From assembly GCA_963712475.1 (NCBI GenBank), contig CAVQIA010000006.1, positions 70,290 to 134,289 of the forward strand: a stretch of 64,000 nucleotides of DNA, given 5' to 3'. The position numbers were made by a program, and so were the translations under genes. Under the pieces are notes generated by a model. It was not told the origin of the DNA. It worked only from the letters and a program-made list of their open reading frames with translations, and made no database searches. This document shows positions 10,116 through 20,583 of the stretch, piece after piece. The stretch comes from an uncultured Chloroflexia bacterium (GTDB lineage: Bacteria > Chloroflexota > Anaerolineae > Anaerolineales > RBG-16-64-43). How positions within the stretch are numbered: position 1 is the stretch's first letter; every line of letters starts with the position of its first letter.

Positions 10116-12355
10116 ATGACCATGCGATTCCAAACACTGCGTGTTCTTCTGGTGCTCGTGCTTTGCGGCTGCAATCTGGGGTTGGGAGCGACACAGCCGG
10201 CGAGGACACAAGTGCCCGCAGAAGACAGCGCACTCCCAGGCCCGGGCGATGTCGCCGAGATGCTCGAGCATATCCGGGCGCTTGCGGCAATCGGTGCGCA
10301 CCGCGGCTGGCGCACGGCTGGCAGCCCGGGGGAGGCACAAGCCCTCGACTACGTTGCCGGCCAATTGGCCGGGTTCGCCGGTGCCGCCGCCGCACCTGTC
10401 GAGGTGACGCGCCAATCGTACCGGCTGCCGGTTGGCTCGCAGATTCACGAAACTCGCCTGTGGGTGGACTCCGGCGCAGGCGAGGCGGAGATTCCGGCCG
10501 ACTCGATCTGCTGCTCCCGTCGCGCGAACGAGGCTGCGCTCTACTTCGATTCGGACGGCTTGGCCGGCGATACCGTCCCCAATCCGGTCGAAGTCCGTGG
10601 CGCAGCTCTTGTGCTCCACGGGGCGGAGAGTGTCACGAGCCTGACGGGGGCCGATGCCGGCGGCCGGGTGCTGGTTGTCGATTTCACGTTGGTCGACTCG
10701 TACGTTCTCGGCAGCGATCTCGCGGCGGAAAACGCACGCCGGCTGTTGGAGGCCAGGCCGGCCGCGATTGTGCTCATCACCCAATTCTCGAACGTGGTGG
10801 GTGAGTCCCACGGCACGCAAGCGGCAGTGGGCTCGCCATTCTCGCGCATCGCGGGCGAACCCTGGCCCCCCATCCTGTTTGCGCGGCTGGAGGATTTGGC
10901 TCCGGCCGGCCTGGCCTCCTGGGAGGATCTCGACCGACTACAATCGATCCGCCTGCGGTGGGATGTCGACGTCCTCATGCCGGGGCAATCCGGGAACCTG
11001 ATCTTGCATCTGCCCGGCGCCGACTTCGAGTCATGCGTTCATCCTGGGTGCGATGATCGACAGCGCCAACGTGCCCGGAGCCCTGGACGATGCTTCCGGC
11101 GTTGCGGTGCTGCTCACGGTGGCAAGGCGGCTGATCACCGAGCAGAACTCGACCGCCGTTCGATCTCTATCTTGTGTGGTTCGGCAGCGAAGAAGTGGGG
11201 CTGGTAGGTTCGTCCTACTTCGCCGCGACACACCAAGAACTTCTCGATCGCACGCTAGCCGTCCTGACGATCGATTGCCTGGGCAGCCCGCTCGACGGCC
11301 TGACACCTCTACTGACCTTCGGCTCCTGGCCCTATGGGGTCGCCGGCGAAATGCGTCTGCCGTGGGTCGAGCAACTCGTCGGTTTTGCTGCTCGTAATGG
11401 GCAGGGAGCCGCCACAAGCCTGAGCGGAGGCGGCTCCGACAACATGGCCTTTGTGGCCTACGACGTGCCGAATGCAAACCTTGTGTACATGAACGAAGAC
11501 CAGATGAACGCGGCCGGCGGAATTCACTACTCGATCCATATCCACGACCCATACGACGACGTGCCACTGGTGGAGGTCGAATCATCGACTCTGGCGCGGA
11601 TGTTCGACGTTGCCTACGCCGCTGTGCTCGGCCAGGTCGGAGAGATGACCGCGTTGCGCGTCTCGCCGCCGCCGGCGGCGCGGGCCGTGCTCATCGGCAG
11701 CCATACCGAGGCGGTCGACCTGCCCATCACGACTCTGACCTCTTTTGGGATCGCCCTCGCGATGGAGGGAATTGACCTGGACCTGCTGCCGTACGGCGAA
11801 CCCGTGACCGAGGACGCGCTGCGTGGTGCCGACATGGCTGTTCTCCTGCCCGTGATGGACTACCCGCTGGAGGGTGAAGCGGCCGGGGCGTACGACGAAT
11901 CTTGGTCGCCAGTGGAGGTTGACGCGCTGCAGGCCTATGTTGAGCGAGGCGGCCTGCTCATCCTGCCTGCTTCGCGGTTTCAGTTGGGTTGGAGCAATGC
12001 CCTTTGGGATGCGAATGAGGATTGGCCCGATGTCAACGCGGTGGCTGAGCGATTCGGGATCTCATTCGCGGATGCGGAACTGACCCTGCCGGTGAATGTT
12101 GTGCCGGGGACCTCTCCCGCGCTCGGGCTCACCAGGCTCGAGGCTACTGACGGCAACGGCCTCGCCGTCATTCATTCGGCCGGCGAGGTGCTGGCACGCG
12201 CCGGGCAGGCGGCGGCCGTCGTCTACGTGCCCGTAGGGACTGCCGGCGGCGGGGTGATGGCCTTGGGTGACCTGGGCATGCTCGGATCACAGAGTTACAA
12301 CGCGCCCAACGTGCGCTTCTGGCGCGCACTTGCGAATCTAGCCCTCGGTCGATGA
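10116..12355 (+). pseudogene. Secreted M28-family aminopeptidase with PA domain, interrupted by two frameshifts (about 11025-11045 and 11150-11175)
   Basis: ORF 10116..11207 carries a lipoprotein-like signal (LLVLVLCGCNL) and a PA-like region. The catalytic block ILGAMIDSANVPGALDDASGVAVLLTVARRL is in a second frame (ORF 11053..11397). The continuation LVWFGSEEVGLVGSSYFA... is in the third frame (ORF 11174..12355). Confidence 0.8.
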
Positions 12356-12519
12356 AGCTCAAGGGCGGGCCTTTCCCGCTCGTTCCTCGGCAACCGTGCG
12401 CGAGCGTGTAGCGTCCGCGCGCGGCTGCAACGACTCCCCGGCCACCCTCGTTTCGGGTTGCGGGGTTCGCTCTTTTCTCCCCCTTTCCGTTAGAATGGGT
12501 CGCTCGAGGTCGCCTGCCA

Positions 12520-14247
12520 ATGATCGGCACCATCGCGCGGCTGGAGAAGATCTCTCACTTCTTCGGCGCGCAACACCTCCTTTCAGACATCTCCTGGGAG
12601 ATCCACCACGACGCACGCGTCGGACTGGTGGGTCCGAATGGCGTTGGCAAGTCGACGATGCTCAAGATGCTCGCCCGCCAGTTGGAACCGACCCAGGGCA
12701 ATGTCTTCGTCCACAAATCGATTCGCGTCGGCTATCTGCAACAAGAGATTACGTTCGATCCCGCGCGGCGTGTGATCGATGAGGCGCGCGATGCCTCGCC
12801 CACCCTGGCCTCGATCGAACGTGCGATGGACCAGCTCGCGTCGCAGATGGCCGATCCGAAGACGTACGCCGATTCGCGCCGCCTGGCATACGCGGCGGAC
12901 CGCCATGCAGAGTTGATTGCCGAATTCGAAGAGAAGGGCGGACTCAACTTCGACAACCGCGTGCGCTCGACGCTGCGCGGGCTCGGATTTGCCGAGCATG
13001 AGTTCGACCTGCCGTTGGCCGCGCTCTCCGGCGGTCAGAAGAAACTCGTGGGGCTGGCCAAGCTGTTGATCGAACAGCCCGAGCTCTTGCTGCTCGACGA
13101 GCCCGACAACCACCTCGATCTGCGCGGCAAACAATTCCTCGAACAACTGATCGCCGACTACCCGGGGGCGGTGGTCATCGTCTCGCACGACCGGTACTTG
13201 TTGGATGTGGTTGTGGACGAGATTGCCGAGCTCGAGGATTGCCGTTTGACCCTCTACGCCGGCAATTACTCGGAATACGCCTACGAGAAGAACCAGAAGC
13301 TGGCCTCGCAGGAGAAGGCCTTCGAGGTCCAGCAGAGGGAGATCCGCCGCCTGGAGTTCGCCATTCGCCGTTTGGGTGGATGGGGGGCCGGGCAGAACGA
13401 GAAGTTCGTCCGGCGCGCGCGATCGATGCAGAAGCGGCTGGACAAGATCGACCGGGTCGACAAGCCGGTTATGGAGAGGCGCACGATCGGTTTGACCCTG
13501 GCGGCCGCCAGCCACGGGTCGAACAAAGTCGTCGAGATGCGCGGCGTGACCAAGGCTTTCGAGGATTCACACGGCCGGCCGCAGGTGGTGTTGCGCGACC
13601 TGGATCTCGTCGTGTGGCACGGCCAACGGGTCGGGATAATCGGGCCGAACGGCGCGGGCAAGACGGTGCTCTTCCGCTGCCTGTTGGGTCAGGAGGCGCC
13701 CACCCGCGGGCAGGTCGTGGTGGGGCCATCGACCACCTTGGGCTACTACGCCCAGGAGCATCAAACGCTCGACCCGGATAGCACCCTGGCGCAGGAGATC
13801 ACGCGTGGACGGTGGATGAATGACCGCGACATGTACGGCCTCTTGGGCCGCTTTCTTTTTCGCGCCGACGACGCCCGCAAACGTGTGGGCGATCTTTCCG
13901 GGGGCGAGAAGGCCCGCGTCCAGATGGCACGCCTGATGATGGAGGGTGCCAACTGCCTGCTGCTCGATGAGCCGACCAACCACCTCGACATCCGGTCGGC
14001 CGAGGTGCTCGAGGCGGCTCTCGAGGATTACACCGGGACCCTCATCGTCATCTCGCACGACCGGTACTTCCTCGATAACGTCGTCGATCACATCGTTGAA
14101 CTCGAGCAAGGACGCGGTGAGATCTTCACCGGGAATTTCACGACCTATCTCGAGGAGAAACGCCGCCGCGTGGAACAGGGGGTGACGCCGGCACGTGGGA
14201 CGCCAGGGACCCTGCCGGGCCGCAAGGAGCGGGCCCGGCGCGCCTGA
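12520..14247 (+). CDS. ABC-F family ATPase (two tandem ABC domains, no membrane domain)
   Basis: 575 aa with two Walker A motifs (GPNGVGKST, GPNGAGKT), two signature motifs (LSGGQKK, LSGGEKA), two Walker B motifs (LLLLDEPDNHLD, CLLLDEPTNHLD) and a charged inter-domain linker. Confidence 0.9.
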   Translation: MIGTIARLEKISHFFGAQHLLSDISWEIHHDARVGLVGPNGVGKSTMLKMLARQLEPTQGNVFVHKSIRVGYLQQEITFDPARRVIDEARDASPTLASIERAMDQLASQMADPKTYADSRRLAYAADRHAELIAEFEEKGGLNFDNRVRSTLRGLGFAEHEFDLPLAALSGGQKKLVGLAKLLIEQPELLLLDEPDNHLDLRGKQFLEQLIADYPGAVVIVSHDRYLLDVVVDEIAELEDCRLTLYAGNYSEYAYEKNQKLASQEKAFEVQQREIRRLEFAIRRLGGWGAGQNEKFVRRARSMQKRLDKIDRVDKPVMERRTIGLTLAAASHGSNKVVEMRGVTKAFEDSHGRPQVVLRDLDLVVWHGQRVGIIGPNGAGKTVLFRCLLGQEAPTRGQVVVGPSTTLGYYAQEHQTLDPDSTLAQEITRGRWMNDRDMYGLLGRFLFRADDARKRVGDLSGGEKARVQMARLMMEGANCLLLDEPTNHLDIRSAEVLEAALEDYTGTLIVISHDRYFLDNVVDHIVELEQGRGEIFTGNFTTYLEEKRRRVEQGVTPARGTPGTLPGRKERARRA

Positions 14248-14343
14248 ACTATCGCACGCACATCGGGGGCACTGGCCTCCGCTTACGCCACCCGGCCTGT
14301 ATTACGTCTACCCTCTGTAGGAGGCAGCGGACCGCAGCAATCC

Positions 14344-15540
14344 ATGCGACTTCTTCGTCAACCCCACTTCCTGCTCATCGCCCTCAGCCACATGATGGTG
14401 GACACGCTTTCGGGTCAGGTCGGCGTCCTGCTGGCTGTGTTCAGCGTGCCGCTGGCGCTCTCCAACGCATCCATCGGGCTGATCGCCATGCTCTACTCGA
14501 TCGCCAACAATGCGACCCAGCCGGTGGTCGGCTGGATGTACGACCGCGCTCACGGCCGTTACTCGTTCGCCTTCGGGCTCGTTTGGATGGCCGCCTTGTT
14601 TTCGCTGGTGGCGGTGCTGCCGGGCTACTGGCCGCTGGTCGTGATGATCCTGGCCTCGCTCGGTTCTGGCGCGTTCCATCCGATGGGGACGAGCCAGGCA
14701 ACGGACCTGGGCCATCGTCACATGGCCGGGCGAGTGGCCACAGCGGCTTCGGTCTTCTTTCTCTTTGGTCAGAGCGGGTGGGCGATGGGCCCTGCGCTGG
14801 GTGGGCTGATCATTGATCATCTGGGGCGTCAGGGCATCCTCCTGCTGACCGGACTGGCGATGATCGTCGGACTGGCGGGCACACGATGGCTGCGCCTCCA
14901 GCCGACGGCGGAGAGGCCTTCCCCCGAATTGCAGCACGAGGTGGCTGGAACAAGGCCAGCCACAGATGTGACGGCCTTCATCCTGATCCTTCTGTGCGGC
15001 GGTATCCGCAATTGGGCGGCAACGGCCGCCACCACCTTCATGCCTAAGTTCTATCTTGACCTTGGCTTCACCCCAACCGTCTTCGGTTTGATCACAGCGC
15101 TCTTCATGGGAAGCTCGGCCATCGGGGGCGTGATTGGCGCGGTGATTGCCGATCGCTATGGCAAGCGCCGCATCATCCTGGCGTCGCTTCTCCTGAGCGC
15201 CCTGCCTCTCTACTTCTTCCCGATCGCGCACGGTCCGGCCATCTATGTCCTGGTGTCGCTGGCCGGCCTGCTCAACGGCGCGCCGCACCCGATCCTGGTG
15301 ACCATGGCGCAGCGCGCGATGCCGGGACGCGCCGGGTTTGCCTCCGGGTTGACGCTGGGGGTCATGTTTGCCGCAGGCGCCATCGGTGCCTACCTCTCAG
15401 GTCTGGGGGCGGATCAGCTCGGTCTGGCGACAGTGCTCCAGGCCAATGCGGCGATCAGCCTTGTCGCCGCGCTGATCGTCCTGGGGTTGCGCCGTGAGGC
15501 GAAGAACGGCCCGACCCCGCTGCTCACTGCGGAAGGGTGA
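14344..15540 (+). CDS. MFS transporter
   Basis: 398 aa, about 12 hydrophobic segments, and an MFS-like loop motif (ADRYGKRRII). Confidence 0.82.
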   Translation: MRLLRQPHFLLIALSHMMVDTLSGQVGVLLAVFSVPLALSNASIGLIAMLYSIANNATQPVVGWMYDRAHGRYSFAFGLVWMAALFSLVAVLPGYWPLVVMILASLGSGAFHPMGTSQATDLGHRHMAGRVATAASVFFLFGQSGWAMGPALGGLIIDHLGRQGILLLTGLAMIVGLAGTRWLRLQPTAERPSPELQHEVAGTRPATDVTAFILILLCGGIRNWAATAATTFMPKFYLDLGFTPTVFGLITALFMGSSAIGGVIGAVIADRYGKRRIILASLLLSALPLYFFPIAHGPAIYVLVSLAGLLNGAPHPILVTMAQRAMPGRAGFASGLTLGVMFAAGAIGAYLSGLGADQLGLATVLQANAAISLVAALIVLGLRREAKNGPTPLLTAEG

Positions 15541-15578
15541 GGGATTGACCCGTCTGACCTTTTCATGAGGGGCACCGC

Positions 15579-16856
15579 ATGAAACGTATCTCGTTCCCGC
15601 GCCTGCTGGGGGTCACAATCCTTGGCTTCGCGCTGACCCTGGTCTCGAACACGCTCGAGCCGGCCGTCCTCGGTCGCAAGGTGATCGAGCTTGTGCCCGA
15701 GGGGCGCAATACAGCATTGGGCCTGACGACCTTTGCCGGGCTGATCGTTGCCATCCTTGTCCAGCCGATCGTGGGCGTCTTTTCCGATCGCACGCGGTCC
15801 CGCTGGGGACGGCGCCTGCCCTACATGGCAGCCGGCACGGCGATGGTTATCGCCTGTCTCTTTCTCATTGCCGGGGCGCCCGTCTTCTCCATCGTTGTCG
15901 TCGGCCTTCTGCTTATCCAACTTGCCTCCAACGTCGTCCAAGGGCCATGGCAGGCGCTCATCCCCGACAGGGTGGCCGACAGCCAGCGCGGTCAAGCCTC
16001 CGGGCTCAAGGCCATGCTCGACATCCTGGCCTTCGTCGCAGGGCGGTTGGTCGCGGGGCAGCTTGTGGGGCGCTTCGCCGAATGGGGGCAGACCGCGGTG
16101 TATGCCGCGGTGGCCGTGCCCTGCGTTGTGTACATCATTGCCCTGGCTGTCACGGCCTTTGCTGCGCGTGAAGGCCCTGAGGCGGCCGCCAGTGCGCCTC
16201 AGCGATCGGTCGGCGAGGCTCTGCGTGCGACGTTCTCGGTGGATTTCCGAGCGCACCCCGCTTTCGGGTGGTGGTTCGCCAACCGCACTCTCTTCTGGGC
16301 TGGCTTCCTCGCGCTCAACACCTTCCTGCTCTTCTATCTCATCGATGTCGTCGGCATGGCAGAGGGCGCCGCGCAGAAGTTCATCGGCACGCTCTCGACG
16401 ATCCTTGGGGTATCGCTTGTGCTCGTTTCGCTGCCCTCCGGCTGGCTTTCCGATCGCATCGGGCGCAAGCCGCTGGTGGCCATCGCCGGCATCCTGGCGG
16501 CGATCGGCACCGGCGTCCTGCTTGCAGTGCGAAGCCAGGCGTTGCTCACCGTTGCCGGGCTGATCATCGGCGCGGCGGTGGGAACTTTCCTCGCCGCCAA
16601 TTGGGCCCTGGTGACCGACATCGTCCCGCGCGATGAGGCGGCGCGCTACCTGGGCGTGGCCAACATCGCCACGGCCGGCGGCTCGGCCATCGCCCGCTTC
16701 CTCGGCGGCGCGCTCATCGATTTACTCAACCGTGCCACCGGGACGCACAACGTGGGGTACCTCACCGTGTTTGGTTTGGCCTTGGCGTTCTTTGTCACCA
16801 GCGCTATTGTCATCTTGCCGCTCCCTGTTCCAGGGGCAAAGCCTAGAGCGCTCTAG
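15579..16856 (+). CDS. MFS transporter
   Basis: 425 aa, about 12 hydrophobic segments, with MFS loop motifs (FSDRTRSRWGRRLPYM, LSDRIGRKPL). Confidence 0.82.
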   Translation: MKRISFPRLLGVTILGFALTLVSNTLEPAVLGRKVIELVPEGRNTALGLTTFAGLIVAILVQPIVGVFSDRTRSRWGRRLPYMAAGTAMVIACLFLIAGAPVFSIVVVGLLLIQLASNVVQGPWQALIPDRVADSQRGQASGLKAMLDILAFVAGRLVAGQLVGRFAEWGQTAVYAAVAVPCVVYIIALAVTAFAAREGPEAAASAPQRSVGEALRATFSVDFRAHPAFGWWFANRTLFWAGFLALNTFLLFYLIDVVGMAEGAAQKFIGTLSTILGVSLVLVSLPSGWLSDRIGRKPLVAIAGILAAIGTGVLLAVRSQALLTVAGLIIGAAVGTFLAANWALVTDIVPRDEAARYLGVANIATAGGSAIARFLGGALIDLLNRATGTHNVGYLTVFGLALAFFVTSAIVILPLPVPGAKPRAL

Positions 16857-16918
16857 CACGAGAGCGACGAGAGGTCTCCCAGCGTTCTCTGCGGTCTGTG
16901 CGGCGAAAGAGGGATTCG

Positions 16919-18040
16919 ATGCGCATCATTGAAGTCGATACGGATAACCGACGTCAGATCGCGACATTCCTCGACTTGCCGTTCCGCCTGTATCGCGACG
17001 TGCCGCAATGGGTGCCGCCGTTGCGCCATGAGGCGCGCTTGATGCTCGACCGCGCACGCCACCCATTCTTCCACCATTCGCAGGCGGCGTTCTTCTTGGT
17101 GGAGGGAATCCCCGGGCAGGCCATCGGGCGGCTGGCGGTGCTCGACAACCGCAACTACAACGACTTCAACAAAGAGCGCACAGCTCACTTCTTTCTCTTC
17201 GAGTGCGCAAAGGATAACCAGGCGGCCCAGGGTCTGTTCGACGCTGGATTCGCGTGGGCCCGCGGCCGCGGGCTGAACAAGATGCATGGTCCACAAGGGA
17301 TGACTCCGTTCGACGGCCTGGGGATGCTGGTGCGCGGGTTCGAACACCGCCCTGCCTTCGGCATCCCGTACAACCTGCCTTACTACCCGGCGATGCTCGA
17401 GGCCTCCGGGTTTCGTGCGGTGGGCGGCATCGTCTCAGGCTATCTGAGCGGGTCGTACCATCTGCCGGAGCGCGTGCACCAGGTGGCCGAGGCGGTGCAG
17501 CGCCGACGCGGATTGCGTGTGGTGCGCTACCGCTCCCGCCGGGAACTCAGGGCGCTCGCGCCCCAGCTGCAATCGCTATACAACTCCGCACTGGGCGGAT
17601 CTCCCGGAGGCGTGCCGCTTAATGACGAAGAAGTGAAGGCCCTGGCCGATCAACTGCTCTGGTTCGCCGACCCGCGCCTGATCAAGATCGTGATGAAGGA
17701 CGACCAGCCGGTAGGTTTTCTCTTTGCCTACCCCGACATCTCAGCCGCGGTGCAGCGCACGCGCGGGCGGCTGTTCCCCTTCGGGTGGCTTGACCTGTGG
17801 CTTGAATTGCGGCGGACGAAGTGGATGAACATCAACGGCGCGGGCATCATCGAGAAATACCGCGGGCTGGGCGGGACGGCGCTGCTCTTCTCTGAGATGG
17901 AGAAGGGCGCGCACGAGGGCGGATATGCGCACGCCGATCTGGTCCAGGTGGGGGTGGAGAACGACAAGATGCAGCGCGAGCTCGCCGACCTGGGCATCGA
18001 CTTCTACAAGATGCACCGCATGTACGAACGGGAGCTCTAG
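16919..18040 (+). CDS. Large GNAT-related acyltransferase-like protein, function unknown
   Basis: About 373 aa from the internal ATG (residue 8 of ORF 16898..18040, MRIIEVDTDN). The C-terminal part has a GNAT-like block (IIEKYRGLGGTALLFSEM). Confidence 0.55.
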   Translation: MRIIEVDTDNRRQIATFLDLPFRLYRDVPQWVPPLRHEARLMLDRARHPFFHHSQAAFFLVEGIPGQAIGRLAVLDNRNYNDFNKERTAHFFLFECAKDNQAAQGLFDAGFAWARGRGLNKMHGPQGMTPFDGLGMLVRGFEHRPAFGIPYNLPYYPAMLEASGFRAVGGIVSGYLSGSYHLPERVHQVAEAVQRRRGLRVVRYRSRRELRALAPQLQSLYNSALGGSPGGVPLNDEEVKALADQLLWFADPRLIKIVMKDDQPVGFLFAYPDISAAVQRTRGRLFPFGWLDLWLELRRTKWMNINGAGIIEKYRGLGGTALLFSEMEKGAHEGGYAHADLVQVGVENDKMQRELADLGIDFYKMHRMYEREL

Positions 18041-18329
18041 ACCCCTCGTCCAACCTCATCCGTGCGCCATGGCGCGGAGCCCGGACCTCCACATCACGTT
18101 GCTCAGCGTGACGGCGGGAGGTTCCCCCTCCGGGAGGAGAGGGCAGGGGAGGGCCCCGCGCAATTCCGACTTCCAACTCGGAATGGCAGCGAATGTCGTT
18201 ACGCGCCACCCTTGGCGCGAAAGGGTTGGCGCGGTAACATTGCCCCCTGCGGAACCCACACGACGCATAAGCGATCACTCGACGTGTTGCCCTATTCGTA
18301 TCCCACTAACATCCGTCCAAGGAGGATCC

Positions 18330-18824
18330 ATGGTCATCGGTAAGAGTTTGCAGGACGCCATCAACGAACAGATCAAGAACGAGTTGTACTCGGGCTACAT
18401 GTACCTTGCGATGTCGGCCTACTGCGAGGCCAACAACTTCCCGGGCGCCGCCAAGTGGATGCGCATGCAGGCCGGGGAAGAGCAGGAACACGCGATGAAG
18501 TTTTACGAGTACGTGGTCGACCGCGGCGGACGCGTCACGCTGCAGGCCATCGCTCAGCCCCCGGCCGATTTCAAGGGACTGCTCGACATCTTCGAGCAAG
18601 CCTATGCCCACGAACAGAAAGTGACCGGCATGATCAACGGCCTGTATGCCGCGGCCACCAAAGAGAACGACTACGCGACGATGTCGATGCTCAAGTGGTT
18701 CATCGACGAGCAGGTGGAGGAGGAGAAGAACGCCTCCCAGGTCGTCGAGATGCTCAAGCTGGCCGGCAGCCATATCCCGGCGGTGATGATGATCGACGCC
18801 CGCCTGGGCGCACGAGCCGAGTAG
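18330..18824 (+). CDS. ftn: Ferritin (non-heme, bacterial Ftn type)
   Basis: 164 aa with ferroxidase-centre pattern: INEQIKNELYSGYMYLAMSAY, GEEQEHAMKFYEY, AYAHEQKVTGMIN and KWFIDEQVEEE. AAGGAGGA lies just upstream of the ATG. Confidence 0.92.
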   Translation: MVIGKSLQDAINEQIKNELYSGYMYLAMSAYCEANNFPGAAKWMRMQAGEEQEHAMKFYEYVVDRGGRVTLQAIAQPPADFKGLLDIFEQAYAHEQKVTGMINGLYAAATKENDYATMSMLKWFIDEQVEEEKNASQVVEMLKLAGSHIPAVMMIDARLGARAE

Positions 18825-18852
18825 GCCCGCCCGCCACGAAGGCCCGAGAACG

Positions 18853-18883
18853 ACACCGGCGACCCGATGAGGGTCGCCGGTGT
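18853..18883 (+). terminator. Hairpin immediately after ferritin
   Basis: acaccggcgaccc-gatga-gggtcgccggtgt forms a 13-bp perfect stem about 30 nt after the stop, followed by gcgttat. Confidence 0.6.
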
Positions 18884-19244
18884 GCGTTATGGGATTGAGA
18901 TTCGCGATCGCGCAATTGCACCCAAGCTCAAGCGAGTGCGACCTTGGTCAGTGAGTTGCGCGCCTGCATGGAAAGGCCATGTCGATCTTCTGAAGGAGGA
19001 CGGCGGGTGGTGACCGTATCGATCCGGCCTGCGTCTCCACGGCTTACGCATGCGGCTGCTGCGTGAGCGCTCACGTGGAGGTTCGCGTCGAGAGGCGAAA
19101 GCGTGGCCCCGCGAAGGGGAGAGCGTGTCGCTTGCACCGGTGGACGAAGGTGGCCGGGTTCACCACGCGCGTATGTTCACCGCGCGCGAGCACGAGAAGA
19201 GAATCGCCTGAACGTGTGCCGAGTGACGGAGAATCCGGAGAGCT

Positions 19245-20228
19245 CTATGCGGGCCCGCTCCAACCGGCCAGGCGTGCCATCAGCCACCACCAGGCTTGCG
19301 CCTTGAGCTTGCAGAACAAGCGGGCCTGGGTGGGCGACGAGGTGTGGGCGCAATCGGCGGGCAGGCTCGCACAATCGGCAGGGTGGGCGGCGCACCACGC
19401 GACGCACCACTGACAGGTGCCCTCGCCGTTGTTGGCGTAGGGCCCGCTGCCGTCCGGCGCGTACGTTTCGATGTCGGCGAAATCGAAGAGAACCTTCTCG
19501 TGGGCGACGGCGTAGTTGCGGATCATCTGATTGTTGGTATGCAGCGTACTGGGCGGGGCGGTGCCGTCGGTGTGTCCGGTGAAGTAGATGAAACGCATCC
19601 CAGGGTAATCCTGTTCGAGCTGGGCGAGCGTATCGAGATAGAGTTGGATCTGGGTGGAGGAGTAGCTTGACGCCTGACCGCACCAGGTCCAGGTGGAGAC
19701 ACCGAACCAGTCGGTGTCGGCGACCGAGCGCGTATGCGTGCGGCCGTCTGCGTATTCCCAGTACATGTCGGGTGTGATGTAGGTGTTGCCGGAATAGTTG
19801 TTCCCATCGTAGAAACTGAGCGCACCGGCGGTGGTTGGGTTGACGACGACGCCGCTTGAGGTGATCTGAACGTTGTATGTCGCGTTTTGCGTCTCCAGCC
19901 ACTGCAGACCGGAAAGGATCTGGCTGCCGTGCGAGGTGTGGGCATAATGAACGACAAAGCCCTTGGCCTGCTCGATCCAATACGCGGGCACCTGGCTGAT
20001 ATCGGTCGTCGTGTGATCGATGATGATCGCTTGAAGCGGGGCGTTGTTGAAGATCAGTGGGAAGTACACGGTGTTCCCGGCGCCCGCAGGCTGAAGCAGG
20101 CGCGGTGCGGAGGCATCGGGTCCTGCGCGAGACGGGTCCGCCCACGCAGAGGCCGGTTCGCCGCTGACGGCGACGAGGAGCATCGCGCTGGCCAGTGCTG
20201 CGACGATGGTCGAGTGACGGTGTGGCAT
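19245..20228 (-). CDS. Secreted protein of unknown function (Cys/Trp-rich C-terminus)
   Basis: The start is set at residue 63 of ORF 19245..20414 (MPHRHSTIVAALASAMLLVAVSGEPASA, signal-peptide-like). The mature part reads IIIDHTTTDISQVPAYWIEQAKGFVVHYAHTSHGSQI...FIYFTGHTDG...CQWCVAWCAAHPADCASLPADC...AQAWWWLMARLAGW. I do not recognise a family. Confidence 0.55.
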   Translation of the reverse strand: MPHRHSTIVAALASAMLLVAVSGEPASAWADPSRAGPDASAPRLLQPAGAGNTVYFPLIFNNAPLQAIIIDHTTTDISQVPAYWIEQAKGFVVHYAHTSHGSQILSGLQWLETQNATYNVQITSSGVVVNPTTAGALSFYDGNNYSGNTYITPDMYWEYADGRTHTRSVADTDWFGVSTWTWCGQASSYSSTQIQLYLDTLAQLEQDYPGMRFIYFTGHTDGTAPPSTLHTNNQMIRNYAVAHEKVLFDFADIETYAPDGSGPYANNGEGTCQWCVAWCAAHPADCASLPADCAHTSSPTQARLFCKLKAQAWWWLMARLAGWSGPA

Positions 20229-20583
20229 GCGGCCCCCGATGGGTAGGCGGATCCTGCCGCGTGGACGAGTGTCCACGGAGATGGGACAAGCGTATTCCAG
20301 GACGGGACGGACGACTCTTGCGTCTGAGGCGCGGAATATCGGCAAGCAAGATAGGCGACGTGAAGGGCCCATTCTCCCCTTTGACCCGCATGGCAAAGGC
20401 TCAAACCTTGTCAATCAGAGTAAGCCAGTCCCAATCCTCTTCGGCCTTGAGAGAAGAGTCCTTATCCACATGTAGATGCGGCTCCACTCAGGGTGCGGGC
20501 ACGGCGGGAGGTGTGGGGCTGTGCTATCCTCTACGGCAACAGCGGTGCACGCAGCCAACTCCGGATGAGCAGTAAAAACCCGA

